Shown here piece after piece: positions 15,031 to 25,256 of a stretch of DNA of 31,915 bases. A program made the translations under genes and the position numbers. Each line of letters opens with the position of its first letter. The first letter of the stretch is position 1. This DNA is from a virus (taxonomy: Duplodnaviria; Caudoviricetes), in IMG/VR virus record IMGVR_UViG_3300037742_000012, positions 1 to 31,915 of that record; one strand, given 5' to 3'. A model generated the notes under the pieces. It was not told the origin of the DNA and made no database searches. It was given only the letters and a program-made list of their open reading frames with translations.

Positions 15031-16074
15031 ATGAGTAAGCAGACACTAACCGAAGACGCGCTAATGCAGCAGATCTTTGCTTCGATTGATAAGGGTGACC
15101 CAACTGCCCTGAATAACCTCATGGATGAGGAGCAAGTCGATGTCAAGGAACCGCCGGCCAAGGAAGAGGCTCCGCTAGATATTGTAGCCGAGCTGGTACC
15201 CGATGCCAAAGGACCTGATGCACCTGAAGCAGAAGTCAAGGATGACGGAACCAAGCCACCCGATGCCCCTGTCGTAGATGACTGGCGCACGAAGCTACCA
15301 GACGATGTTAAGTCTGTAGTGGAGGGGGAGCTTGAAAAGCTTAAGCAGGAACGCGATCAGCTTCAGCAGTACTACCGCTCTAACGAGGGGAGAGTGTCTG
15401 CTCTACAGAAGCAAATCAATACACTCAAGACGAATGATACGGTAAAGGCCCCGCCAGCGGCTGCCTCGACACCGATCACCCTACCTACTGACGACGCGTT
15501 TGAAGAACTTAAGACAGAGGACCCAGCCCTTTATGAAAAGCTAAAGGCCCGGGAAGCTCTACAGCTTAAGGCTATCAACGACGAGATCGCCAAGGTACGT
15601 CAAGAGTTCAACGATAATCTAGCACGCAACATTGCCCCTATCCACGAGGCAGAGTCCGAGCGCGCACTCCAGAGCGAAGCTGCTAAGGTACTAGAAGCGG
15701 CTCCCGATATCCGGGAGATCGTTGGTAGTGAGCAGTGGAAGATGTTCAAGGGTGTAGTGCCTCCGGGCGTTAAGTCTCTTGCAGAATCAGGCAATGCTGA
15801 AGAAATGCTCACAGCCGTCTGGATGTTCAGACAGTGGGCGGGAGTAGCTCCTCCTCAGTTCCAACAGCAGGAGCAGCAGCAGGCTCCACCGGCTGCGACG
15901 GCAACAGTTGATACAAGTAAGATTGAACAGGAAAGACAGCGGAAGCTCGCTGGTACCACGGACGGTACGAAGACCCCGCCAGTGGGTCAGCGACAGGAAC
16001 TGGATGAGGCGGCGATGATTGAAGCTGCATTCCAGTCGATTCGCGAAAAGGACTTCAAGAATAGAATCTTTTAA
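15031..16074 (+). CDS. capsid scaffolding protein
   Basis: Acidic Pro-rich N-terminus, coiled coil with GRVSALQ, position before MCP. Confidence 0.85.
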   Translation: MSKQTLTEDALMQQIFASIDKGDPTALNNLMDEEQVDVKEPPAKEEAPLDIVAELVPDAKGPDAPEAEVKDDGTKPPDAPVVDDWRTKLPDDVKSVVEGELEKLKQERDQLQQYYRSNEGRVSALQKQINTLKTNDTVKAPPAAASTPITLPTDDAFEELKTEDPALYEKLKAREALQLKAINDEIAKVRQEFNDNLARNIAPIHEAESERALQSEAAKVLEAAPDIREIVGSEQWKMFKGVVPPGVKSLAESGNAEEMLTAVWMFRQWAGVAPPQFQQQEQQQAPPAATATVDTSKIEQERQRKLAGTTDGTKTPPVGQRQELDEAAMIEAAFQSIREKDFKNRIF

Positions 16075-16087
16075 GGAGAACTAAAGA

Positions 16088-17086
16088 ATGGCATTTTCAG
16101 GTACAACCTTCGGTGACATCAGTCCGCGTACTGGTTTCTTTGCCGTAGGAAAGATGCTCGCGGTTGCGCGTACTCAGGCGGTATTCGAGAAGTACGCAGA
16201 ACATCAGGCAGTCCCGAAGAATAAGGGTCTGACGATCATCTGGCGTCGTCCGCGAAAGTTTGCGGCTGCGACTACACCGCTGGTTGAGGGCGTAACACCT
16301 ACGCCAAACATCCTGCGCTACGAGGACGTTACATCGTACCTCAGCCAGTATGGTTCGTGGATTCCGTTCACGGACGTAATTGTTGACACACACGAAGATC
16401 CGAACCTAAGTGTTATGTCTGAACTCGCGGGAGATCAGGCGGTACTTACGAAGGAAAAGATCATCTGGGGTGTTCTACGTGGTGGTACTAACGTTTACTA
16501 CTCTGGTTCGGCTTCGGTTCGTACCGCGGTAGAGGACCCTCTCGACGCTGACGACATCAAGAATGCCGTTCGTATCCTGAAGAACAACCACGCAGATATG
16601 ATCACGAAGATGCTTGCACCTTCGACGAATGTAGCTACTCAGCCGATCACTGCTGCGTATATCGCGTTCGGTCACACCAATCTGGAAGGCGACATCCGCG
16701 CCATGACTGGGTTCATTCCTCGCGAGAACTATGCCAGCGGTACGGCTGTCTCCGAGTACGAGCTTGGTTCGGTATCGAACGTCCGCTTCCTACTTACCAA
16801 CCACGCCGAGCCGTTCTACGGTGCGGGTTCGACGAACATCACGGGTGTACTGAACAACGGTACTAACGTCGACGTTTATCCGCTCGTCATCGTCGCGAAG
16901 CAGTCATACGCGGTTACTCCGCTCTCCGGTACTTCGGTACAGATGGGTGTGAAGAATCCGAAGATGGCTTCGGGTGATGTTGATCCTCTGGGACAGCGTG
17001 GGTATCTGGCTTGGAAGATGTGGTTCGCAGTCGCTCGTCTTAACGAAGAGTGGATGGTCCGCATCGAAACAGCTGCTTCGCTCTAA
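16088..17086 (+). CDS. major capsid protein, N4-gp56 family
   Basis: TPLVEGVTP, QYG, THEDP, DPLGQRG-x2-AWK, LNEEWMVRIE motifs. Confidence 0.97.
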   Translation: MAFSGTTFGDISPRTGFFAVGKMLAVARTQAVFEKYAEHQAVPKNKGLTIIWRRPRKFAAATTPLVEGVTPTPNILRYEDVTSYLSQYGSWIPFTDVIVDTHEDPNLSVMSELAGDQAVLTKEKIIWGVLRGGTNVYYSGSASVRTAVEDPLDADDIKNAVRILKNNHADMITKMLAPSTNVATQPITAAYIAFGHTNLEGDIRAMTGFIPRENYASGTAVSEYELGSVSNVRFLLTNHAEPFYGAGSTNITGVLNNGTNVDVYPLVIVAKQSYAVTPLSGTSVQMGVKNPKMASGDVDPLGQRGYLAWKMWFAVARLNEEWMVRIETAASL

Positions 17087-17102
17087 TAGGAGGATAGACT
17101 AA

Positions 17103-17753
17103 ATGGCAACTTTCAACAGTAACCTAATGCTGAACAAGGTACCTGCCCGCGCCCTATACGCGGGTCAGGAGTTTACAACTACGGGTATCATCAACATCAA
17201 GGCAGGCACAAAGCTGCTTGCCGGAGATGTCCTGAAGTTTGCTCGTCTTGGGCAGTACGTTTCACTTCGTAAGCTTGAAGTAGCGGTAAGCGGAGAACTA
17301 GACGACGGTACAGTGGCTCTAGACGGTACTATCGGTTGGCTACAGTGCCTCGATGCGGCGGGTAACCCCCTAGCACTCGAAGCATCTGATGGGGTTACAT
17401 ACACCTCCCCAGTCAGTGATCCTAACGGAATCATTGACGCAGCTAACTCCCCGTTTGAGACTGGAATCCTTCAGGCTCAGGGACCAGCGGTACGTGTCTT
17501 CACTGAAGATGCTGCTTCTGGTAACGCCTTCGAGGCTGCTGCGGCTGCTCTCGCGGCTACGGGTCTAGCGGGTCCTGTGGATATCGGGTTTACAATTACC
17601 GACTCCGCTAACGGAGACGCTGCTACGGATGTGGCTATCCGCGTGACTCTAACGCTCCTACAGCGTGAAGGTCCTGCCGGTGAGTTCACCGTAGACGACT
17701 CGTACACCTACCTGTATGACGTGGATGGTTCTAATGGTGGTCTGGTCTCCTAA
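17103..17753 (+). CDS. capsid decoration/minor capsid protein
   Basis: Follows MCP, precedes terminator; acidic beta-sandwich pattern. Confidence 0.65.
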   Translation: MATFNSNLMLNKVPARALYAGQEFTTTGIINIKAGTKLLAGDVLKFARLGQYVSLRKLEVAVSGELDDGTVALDGTIGWLQCLDAAGNPLALEASDGVTYTSPVSDPNGIIDAANSPFETGILQAQGPAVRVFTEDAASGNAFEAAAAALAATGLAGPVDIGFTITDSANGDAATDVAIRVTLTLLQREGPAGEFTVDDSYTYLYDVDGSNGGLVS

Positions 17754-17775
17754 CGGAGGTCTGATCTAAGCAGTC

Positions 17776-17805
17776 CCGGGGAGGGTAACATCTCCCCGGT
17801 TTTTT
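17776..17805 (+). terminator. Rho-independent terminator
   Basis: CCGGGGAGG-GTAACA-TCTCCCCGG-TTTTTT. Confidence 0.9.
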
Positions 17806-17831
17806 GTCTCGTATACTGGAGGTATACCAAA

Positions 17832-18413
17832 GTGAGCACTAAGCGCACCATTGCACAGTCGAGAGCCCGAGCTTCAGAACTAAAGCTTCCCCTATCTAAC
17901 AAGATGAGCCATGAGGATATTGAACGCCTCATCGAAGCTTCTGAGCTAAACGGTAATCGCCCTGCATTCAATAACACTCTCGGCAATCTCCCACCACCGG
18001 GTTATGCACGAGTAATCATTCACAAAAGTTCGGACCCCTCAGCTCATAACTCAGGCGTCACGCTCGGAGTCAACGGACTGATGTGTCTCGTGGCTCAAGG
18101 TATCGAAGTCGATATTCCAATTAAGATCCTGCGTGGATCGCTGATGACAGCCGTATCGGAGATCGCACGATACAACGAGAACGGTAAGACTCAGGAAGAG
18201 AAGTTCTTCACAGAGACATCGTACAGCTACCCGTTCACGGTACTGCACATTACGGAAGGTGAAGATCCCCGCCACTACCAGCATGAGAATTCGCAGAAGA
18301 AGAAGCGGAAGAATCAGAAGCTGTTCTGGAAGGAAAACGGATTCTACCCAACGCCGCAGCAGCTCCGTGAGTGGATCTCCGCCGGAGGACTGAAGGCCCT
18401 CACGAAGGAATAA
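17832..18413 (+). CDS. hypothetical protein of the head module
   Basis: GTG start with GGAGG; GVNG...GIEVDIP motif. Confidence 0.75.
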   Translation: MSTKRTIAQSRARASELKLPLSNKMSHEDIERLIEASELNGNRPAFNNTLGNLPPPGYARVIIHKSSDPSAHNSGVTLGVNGLMCLVAQGIEVDIPIKILRGSLMTAVSEIARYNENGKTQEEKFFTETSYSYPFTVLHITEGEDPRHYQHENSQKKKRKNQKLFWKENGFYPTPQQLREWISAGGLKALTKE

Positions 18414-18422
18414 GAGCATCTC

Positions 18423-19370
18423 ATGGCGAAGACGTTTCTTCAGCTTACAAATGACGCACTAAGGGAAGCGGGGATCTATCTAGATCCCCTTACTTCTTCT
18501 AACTTCGCTGCTCCGGGTGAGCATATGTACGAGCGTTTCAAGGAGTGGGTTAACCAGTCTGCTCGTGATACCGTACTGGAGCGGAAGGAGTGGGAATTCC
18601 AGAGTCGTAACGCCGTGGTGGTCATCTCCCCGCGCGTATACGTAGAGGCGGGGTCGAGGGCTACAGCTCCCCCAGCAGGCTCTACGTTTGTCACTACAGA
18701 AACCGAAACTACCTTTGAGGTGGTCAGCACTACCACGCTATCTGGATCTTGGGCTGGTAGTACAGCTACCGCGTTCATCGACTTCATCGAGATTGACGGG
18801 GTATTCAAGTTCAACGAATCTGTGGACGAGGTTACTCCTACTCCGGCTAACGAGGATGTATTCATCATCCGCGACTGGGGTACGTACAACCTCCAGACTC
18901 TCTTCCCAGATCTAGACGAAGCTAATCCGTCGTCGTTCTTCCTACAGGGCACTGGCGGAAGTACAGTGCAGGACAACGAGGATGCGGCTGACATCGTGCC
19001 GCTAGTCTACATTCCACGCGGGAACTGGAGTGACTGGTACGAAACGGCATATGGAGCTTTCGGGACTCCTCGTTATATCACTACAGCCTTGAACGGCAAC
19101 TACGAACTATGGCCTCGTCCTGATAAGCAGTACGTGCTGAAGTTTAACTATTCAGCCTCGCCGATCAACATGAGCGCTTACACAGATACAACCAACCTAC
19201 CGTCGTTCTACGAGGATGCTATTGTATGGAGAGCAGTCCTGTACTACGCCCAATTCGAAGGACTGCCTGCTGTAGAAGCCAAAGCCAATAAGCGCTACAA
19301 GTTCTACAAGCGCATCCTAGACGCTAACCATAAGCCAAAGTACGCCTTCGGGAGAAGCAAGTTTGATTGA
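18423..19370 (+). CDS. head-tail adaptor (tail tubular protein A-like)
   Basis: TFLQL-x-N...WVNQ...EWEF N-terminus, GTP...LWPRPDKQY...LP-x-FYEDAIVW-x-A C-terminus. Confidence 0.8.
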   Translation: MAKTFLQLTNDALREAGIYLDPLTSSNFAAPGEHMYERFKEWVNQSARDTVLERKEWEFQSRNAVVVISPRVYVEAGSRATAPPAGSTFVTTETETTFEVVSTTTLSGSWAGSTATAFIDFIEIDGVFKFNESVDEVTPTPANEDVFIIRDWGTYNLQTLFPDLDEANPSSFFLQGTGGSTVQDNEDAADIVPLVYIPRGNWSDWYETAYGAFGTPRYITTALNGNYELWPRPDKQYVLKFNYSASPINMSAYTDTTNLPSFYEDAIVWRAVLYYAQFEGLPAVEAKANKRYKFYKRILDANHKPKYAFGRSKFD

Positions 19371-22300
19371 TAAGATGGTAGACGAGATGATCGTCCTAGA
19401 TGGCGGGCTTGACCTCCAGAAGGCTAAGCTTGCTGTGGAGAAGGGCTACCTCATTGACGGGCTTAACTACGAGGTTATTGATCGTCAGGGCTACAAGCGT
19501 ATTGACGGCTTCGACAGGTTCGACGGACGTTCTGTGCCCGGGTCTACGACGGTAACTACTGGACGCCTAACCGGACGTTCTACTGGTCTAGTATTCCCGA
19601 GCCCCATGTTAGCAGCTGGGCAGGCTATTCGCATTACCAGCAACCCACTCCCTTTCGGTGTGGTCAACTCATTCACATATGAGGTAAACGAAGGTTTGGG
19701 GGCTATTGATTGGGACATCACATACGCTGTGGTGCCGGATAGCTACACCGTAACATCATCACATGTCGTACTTATCATCGGGGATACTCTTGGTACTGGT
19801 ATTGATGTGAGTGCGGTGTTCTCTAGCAGCACATCCCCAGCTACGTTAGAGACAGCCAATGCGCTTGCGGCTGTGGTGCGTAGTAACATCCAAGATCTCC
19901 GTAACCGCCCAATCGGCCTACATTTGTTCCGAGATAAGCTATATGCTATCGCTGACGAAGATGTCCTGTATTACGATTCCGGATCAAGTGAGTTCTACGT
20001 CGGAGATATCCTCGAAGATCCTTCTGGGAATGAAGCTCTGGTTATTGATGTAGGTCCTATCACATCTGGTTCCATCGGAGCCGGTACCGCAGCAGGTACC
20101 CTACTCATTCATCGCATTGATAGCGGTGCATTGTTCACGACGGACACGATTACTATTGCTCGGCCGGGAGCGGGGGCCGTGGCTGATGCCGGTACTGTGA
20201 CCGCGGGCAGTGGCGTAGAGCCGTGGCGGGCTGGTATCTGGCGTGGTTATAGCGCTGAGCAGGCTACGGAGCTGGGTGGTACCCCGGGCTGGAATAAGGC
20301 TAACACTGGAGTATCCGTAGAGTTTGAGGACGGGTTCTACGTGGACGGGGAATTTCCGAAAATCGATCGCCTGACCAATCAGCCTAACGTAGAGTACGGA
20401 ACAGACTCTACTTCGGTAGCCGGTACAGATGGCATTGCTCGCACAGGCGTGGCTGGCTTCATCATTGCGGGAGATCCGACGATCTCCGCGGGAGCCATTG
20501 CGGCTGCGCTTGAACCCCCAACCATTATCTACTCGACTAACTCAGACGATCTAGTATCCGTAGCTGCTGCCGAAGAAGCCCCTACACTAAACGCCCTGAC
20601 ATTCTACGCTTCAGGACCAGACGGAGGGTTCGAGAAAATCACTCCTCGTGTAGGTCTAACTAACTTCAACACTGTATCCGGCATCCCGGGATTCGCGGTT
20701 ATTCGCGGAGTTGAGGTATATTTGGATAACGTTTCTGGGGATACTGAAGCATCGGCTGGAAATCTCTACAACGAGATCTCTCTAGATGTAGCCCTCATGC
20801 TGCACGATGATGTGAACCCAATCAAGCTCGGGACCAGCAAGTTTACCTCTGTTACGAATATCAACGGCGGCGCTACAGGCACCGTAGATGTGGTAATGGG
20901 AGGAGCCACTGACCTGTGGGGTGCTGCTAGCATCCCTCTAAACAGTGTAGTAAACGCCAAGTTTGGCGTTACTATCAAGGCTAACATCAACGTAATCGCT
21001 GGCGCGGACTCAGTGGGAGGTACGGCTCAGGCCCAAGCTCTTATCGACCGCGTGCGTGTGAAGGTGTACTACGAGAAGCTGTTTACTCGCTACTACTTCT
21101 GGAACGACGTGGATGCTGATGACGTGCAGGCTGACCTGATTGACTACCGTATTTTCGAGGGAGACATCCTGCTAGGTACCTCAGAAGGTGTGATGCAGTT
21201 CGTTAACATTGAGCCTACAGGAGCAGCGGAACGTCGCTCTATCCGAGCAGGGGATGAGATTCACCTAGCACCCGGGGGAGCTGATGCTACCCGGGTAGGT
21301 ACAGTAGTGTCTGTCGGCCCTAACGCCCCAGCCTCGCTCAGCAGCCTTCTGGAAGCCGACAGTCGGTACCAGTTCGTGACGGCCAACTTTTTCGCGAACG
21401 ACGACTACGACGCGTTCTACGGGGTCTCTGGGGCATCGAGAGCCTTCTCGTACGACGGCAACTATTTCATCACCATCTATGCTGTCAAGAGCAACGAGGA
21501 AGAGAAGGACAAGCCACGGCATGTGGCCCATCACTTCGGCCATCTGGCCCTCGGATATCGCTCTGGTTCGGTCCTGTTCTCTCAGCTGGGTAACCCCGAG
21601 GAATTCCCGAACGAAGTAGATGCTCTGGAAGGAGAGGACCTAGGATCGGAGATTGCTGTAGGCGACCGCATTACAGGACTACTACCCCTATCTGGTACAG
21701 TATTGGGTGTGTTCTGTGAGAACTCTATCTACGGTATCTCAGGTACTAGCCGCGACAACTTCGCTCCGCAGACCCTAGCCCCGGCTACGGGAGCTATTGA
21801 GTACACTGTTGTAGACGGTGGTGGGCAGCCCATGTTCTGCGACGCACGGGGTATCTGCACTCTGGCCCAGTCCGAGAAGTACGGTAACTTTGCGGGCTCA
21901 CGTCTGTCAGCCAACATCACTTCATACCTTCTACCGCACCTGCGTCGTGTGAAGAATACTCTCAGCTCGGCTACGGAAACGGGCGTACGTTGCATGATTC
22001 CTGCGCGAGCGAGCAATCAGGTTCTGTTGTTCCTACAGTCTGGGCGGGTAATCTGCATGACTATGGTGGGCATGGAAGGCCAGCCCCAGTTCACATTCCG
22101 AGAGTATTACATCGGGCAGGATGACACGAACGAGACGGGTAAGTACCTAGTACCTATCGCTTGGTCTGCTCAGGCAGATCACGAAGGCACTGAGCGCATC
22201 CACGTAGCTCACTACTCGACCAGCTCCGAGGTAAGCGAGTCTAGCTCGAAGTATGTCTACGAGCTGAACACTGGTTGGTCATTTGCTGGTAACTTCATCC

Positions 22301-22656
22301 CAGCCTATTTCGTAACCTCGTGGCAGTACGCACAGCCATCTAACAACTGGAAGCTCACAAAGTTGATTCTGGATGGGGTATCATTCGGTCAGGGCAGCCT
22401 TCGTCTGACAACTGCCCGGGATCTACTTCCAACGTTCCAGACTACGGCCGAAAACGTGTCCATGCCTAAGACACCAGCTGCTACCCTATCTACGGATTAC
22501 ACCCCGTATTTCACAGTAGCCAGCCCACATGATCGCGGACGTACGATTTCTATGAAGTTTACGGCCCACGAGACAGACATTACCGTACCTGAACCTCCGC
22601 ACATTTGTCAGGTCTTAGTACTGGGCCTACAGCCCGATCTATCCAAAATCGTATAA
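19363..22656 (+). CDS. tail nozzle / tubular protein B-like (P22 gp10-like) with large inserted domains
   Basis: GGLDL...NYE...GYKRIDG N-terminus, beta-propeller-like C-terminal half, position after adaptor. Confidence 0.8.
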   Translation: MIDKMVDEMIVLDGGLDLQKAKLAVEKGYLIDGLNYEVIDRQGYKRIDGFDRFDGRSVPGSTTVTTGRLTGRSTGLVFPSPMLAAGQAIRITSNPLPFGVVNSFTYEVNEGLGAIDWDITYAVVPDSYTVTSSHVVLIIGDTLGTGIDVSAVFSSSTSPATLETANALAAVVRSNIQDLRNRPIGLHLFRDKLYAIADEDVLYYDSGSSEFYVGDILEDPSGNEALVIDVGPITSGSIGAGTAAGTLLIHRIDSGALFTTDTITIARPGAGAVADAGTVTAGSGVEPWRAGIWRGYSAEQATELGGTPGWNKANTGVSVEFEDGFYVDGEFPKIDRLTNQPNVEYGTDSTSVAGTDGIARTGVAGFIIAGDPTISAGAIAAALEPPTIIYSTNSDDLVSVAAAEEAPTLNALTFYASGPDGGFEKITPRVGLTNFNTVSGIPGFAVIRGVEVYLDNVSGDTEASAGNLYNEISLDVALMLHDDVNPIKLGTSKFTSVTNINGGATGTVDVVMGGATDLWGAASIPLNSVVNAKFGVTIKANINVIAGADSVGGTAQAQALIDRVRVKVYYEKLFTRYYFWNDVDADDVQADLIDYRIFEGDILLGTSEGVMQFVNIEPTGAAERRSIRAGDEIHLAPGGADATRVGTVVSVGPNAPASLSSLLEADSRYQFVTANFFANDDYDAFYGVSGASRAFSYDGNYFITIYAVKSNEEEKDKPRHVAHHFGHLALGYRSGSVLFSQLGNPEEFPNEVDALEGEDLGSEIAVGDRITGLLPLSGTVLGVFCENSIYGISGTSRDNFAPQTLAPATGAIEYTVVDGGGQPMFCDARGICTLAQSEKYGNFAGSRLSANITSYLLPHLRRVKNTLSSATETGVRCMIPARASNQVLLFLQSGRVICMTMVGMEGQPQFTFREYYIGQDDTNETGKYLVPIAWSAQADHEGTERIHVAHYSTSSEVSESSSKYVYELNTGWSFAGNFIPAYFVTSWQYAQPSNNWKLTKLILDGVSFGQGSLRLTTARDLLPTFQTTAENVSMPKTPAATLSTDYTPYFTVASPHDRGRTISMKFTAHETDITVPEPPHICQVLVLGLQPDLSKIV

Positions 22657-22665
22657 GGAGCCCCC

Positions 22666-23553
22666 GTGGCAACACTAGAGCAGATGCTTAATTCAAGTTC
22701 TTCGTCGTCCGGTGGAGGCACCAACGGGACGCTCCAGACGCGTGGGCTGTACACTAATCCGGTTGCCAGCAATCAAGGTCTGGCTACCGGCACTCGCGGG
22801 GTAGCTGATAACCTAGCCTACAACCGCACAGTCCAGCCAGATGCGCTAGTCGAGAACCGACTAAACGCGCTTACGTCCGGAAACTCTGCCTATATTAATC
22901 AGGCTCGCTCCGAGGCTCGTCGCTTCGCGGGCAGTCGTGGTTTGATGAACAGCTCCATGTCCGGAGCTGCTGGCATTGAGGCGGCTATCCGTCAGGGGCT
23001 ACCGATTGCTCAGGCTGACGCAGCGGCGATCAACGCAGCAGAGTCTCAGAACCTAGATGCCCTGAACCAGAACTTCATGCAGACTCGCCAGTTGATGAAT
23101 GAGGCTACTATCGCGGATGCCGCGCGCGCGAGCGCGAGTGAGGGCTTCCGCGCTGGTCAGTATGACGCTTCTCAAGCACGAGCCCACGAGTTACAGCTAC
23201 AGCGTGAGCGTCTGGGCTACGAAGGAGAGCAGGCAGGACTGAGCCGTTCGCACGAGTTCGGTATGCTGGGCTACGACTACGACATGCGCAACCAGATGAG
23301 TGATAACGAGACGTTCCGTACGGACTACCTAGACAACAACAGGTTCGAGCGCGACCTGTACGGCAACATGGCGCAGCAGGGATTCTCATCTCAGATGCAG
23401 TCTATGGCTGACTTCCGTAACATGCTGAACGCGTACGCGCTAGAGAACCCGGACGTGTTCAACGCAGAGGACTACGCAAACGTAGGGGACTATATGGGTC
23501 AGGAAACCCAGAACGCTTTCCGCAGCATGTTCTCTCAATGGTTCGGAGGCTAA
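22666..23553 (+). CDS. internal virion / ejection protein
   Basis: RGLMNSSM-x-G-x-AG...ALPIAQ-x-DA-like motif; helical, N/Q-rich. Confidence 0.7.
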   Translation: MATLEQMLNSSSSSSGGGTNGTLQTRGLYTNPVASNQGLATGTRGVADNLAYNRTVQPDALVENRLNALTSGNSAYINQARSEARRFAGSRGLMNSSMSGAAGIEAAIRQGLPIAQADAAAINAAESQNLDALNQNFMQTRQLMNEATIADAARASASEGFRAGQYDASQARAHELQLQRERLGYEGEQAGLSRSHEFGMLGYDYDMRNQMSDNETFRTDYLDNNRFERDLYGNMAQQGFSSQMQSMADFRNMLNAYALENPDVFNAEDYANVGDYMGQETQNAFRSMFSQWFGG

Positions 23554-23556
23554 TCT

Positions 23557-23925
23557 ATGAGTGATATCTACACAGCAATCGCCTCGATGATCCTCAGTGG
23601 TATTGGATCTAACTCGAAGGCTAAGAAGGATAAGAAGCAGTCGGAAGAGGACCGCAAGCAGGAGCTTGAGATGCAGCGCAGAGCTGGTCTCGGCAGCGAG
23701 CGTCTCCAGAGAGTGAGCGGGGACGAAGCCCGCCGTACCGCCGCTTACGGCGCGGGGCTTGAGGACTTCTATCGCAAGAAGGGTCGTAAGGAAAAGTCGG
23801 ATGCGTGGTCTGGTTACTTTGGCCCCAAGACAGTGCACAATGACAATGTACAGCCCTCTCTAGAACAGTATTACGTAGATGTTCCAAACCCATACGCACC
23901 ACTACCAGAAGAGGGGACGGGCTAA
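23557..23925 (+). CDS. small ejection (pilot-like) protein
   Basis: Hydrophobic Gly/Ser N-terminus then charged helix. Confidence 0.65.
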   Translation: MSDIYTAIASMILSGIGSNSKAKKDKKQSEEDRKQELEMQRRAGLGSERLQRVSGDEARRTAAYGAGLEDFYRKKGRKEKSDAWSGYFGPKTVHNDNVQPSLEQYYVDVPNPYAPLPEEGTG

Positions 23926-23926
23926 C

Positions 23927-24409
23927 ATGCTAGAGAAGCAGTTTAAGGAAGAGAAGCCGTCGAAGAACCTTTCAGATGCGGAGGAAGGTGATGTCGAGAT
24001 GGCGACCTCGATGGCCGCTTCGGTCATGTCTATGCCCGAGATGGTGCAGGCTCTAGTAAAGCAGACACAGAACGCCAAGCCAGAGATGGCTGTGGCACAG
24101 TATCTTGCTGAGGCTATGATGAGTCTCGCCGAGCAGTCAGAGCAGAATGGTATGAGCTTTTCTCCGAACGTATGGATGAGTAACGGCGGTGTAGCCGACC
24201 GGCTTGTCGATCAGGCTATCCTGAACATCGTGGCGGGGGGTGGCCCGGATCTGGAAGGTTCGGAAGATGTGATCATGGGGGAGATCCTTGAGATCATGAA
24301 GATGATGAGTAAGGGCGGACAGCCGCAGGAACAGCAGCCGGTCCCAGCTCCAGCAGGAGCGCCGGGTATGCCGGCTAATCCGGGTGTGCCTCGTCCGGGA
24401 GTAATGTAA
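23927..24409 (+). CDS. hypothetical virion-associated protein, Met-rich with Pro/Gln tail
   Basis: Start refined to ATG 23927 right after upstream TAA. Confidence 0.7.
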   Translation: MLEKQFKEEKPSKNLSDAEEGDVEMATSMAASVMSMPEMVQALVKQTQNAKPEMAVAQYLAEAMMSLAEQSEQNGMSFSPNVWMSNGGVADRLVDQAILNIVAGGGPDLEGSEDVIMGEILEIMKMMSKGGQPQEQQPVPAPAGAPGMPANPGVPRPGVM

Positions 24410-24410
24410 G

Positions 24411-25232
24411 ATGGCACTATGGGATTTCCTAGGAGGAGCAGCAGATCAGGGGGTTAAGATCCTTGACGAGAAGCGCGTACGCGATGCGGATCGTAAGGAA
24501 GAGCTTGACCGCGAGAAGCGGAAGGAAGAGCTAGAGAAGAACCGTATTGTATCCATTCAGTATGGTAAGGGGCAGGGCGGGCAGCTCATGGCCCAGCCGG
24601 TTAATGCGGCGGGCGAGCCTGTAGGTCAGCCGCGCGCAGCTAACAACGTAGAGCAAGAGCGGTACAACAACGGAGAGAAGGAACGCACGCTAAAGATCCG
24701 AGAGTCGGAAGCTGGTATTGGGCAGGCTAACGCTGCGGCAGATTACAGCCGCGCTAACACCGCATCCATTCCGCAGAAGATGAAAATCGAGCAGCAGCAG
24801 GCTAACGCGTACAGTACGCAGGCAGGAGCTTCGGCTACGTCAGCAGGCGTTAACGCCGAGCTTACGCGCGAGAACACGCGCCGTACACGTATGGAGAATG
24901 ACAGCCTAGAGCAGTGGATCGGCGGCAACAAGGGCAAGCTACCTCCAGACCTTGACCACCGTCCTGTACAGCCTCGTGTTGGTGACGTACCTAAGCCTCA
25001 GTCTGAGTCTCAGATTCAGGAAGAGATCATCTCTATCGCAGACGAACTTGAGGTCGACGGGGGTCTTACGCCAGAAGAGGAAGAGATCCTCAACCGATAT
25101 GAGACTGAGCCAGCTAAGCTTCTACAGATCCTGCGTCAGCTACAGCGTGATCGAAAGCTCAAGTCCAATGTAGAGACATCTTCAGATAACACGATCAATT
25201 CGCTAGACGCTCTAATCGCTCGCGGTCGATAA
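24411..25232 (+). CDS. internal virion / ejection protein
   Basis: FLGGAA N-terminus, Q/A/E-rich helices. Confidence 0.7.
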   Translation: MALWDFLGGAADQGVKILDEKRVRDADRKEELDREKRKEELEKNRIVSIQYGKGQGGQLMAQPVNAAGEPVGQPRAANNVEQERYNNGEKERTLKIRESEAGIGQANAAADYSRANTASIPQKMKIEQQQANAYSTQAGASATSAGVNAELTRENTRRTRMENDSLEQWIGGNKGKLPPDLDHRPVQPRVGDVPKPQSESQIQEEIISIADELEVDGGLTPEEEEILNRYETEPAKLLQILRQLQRDRKLKSNVETSSDNTINSLDALIARGR

Positions 25233-25256
25233 CCGTCCCACAACTCGGAGTACCTG

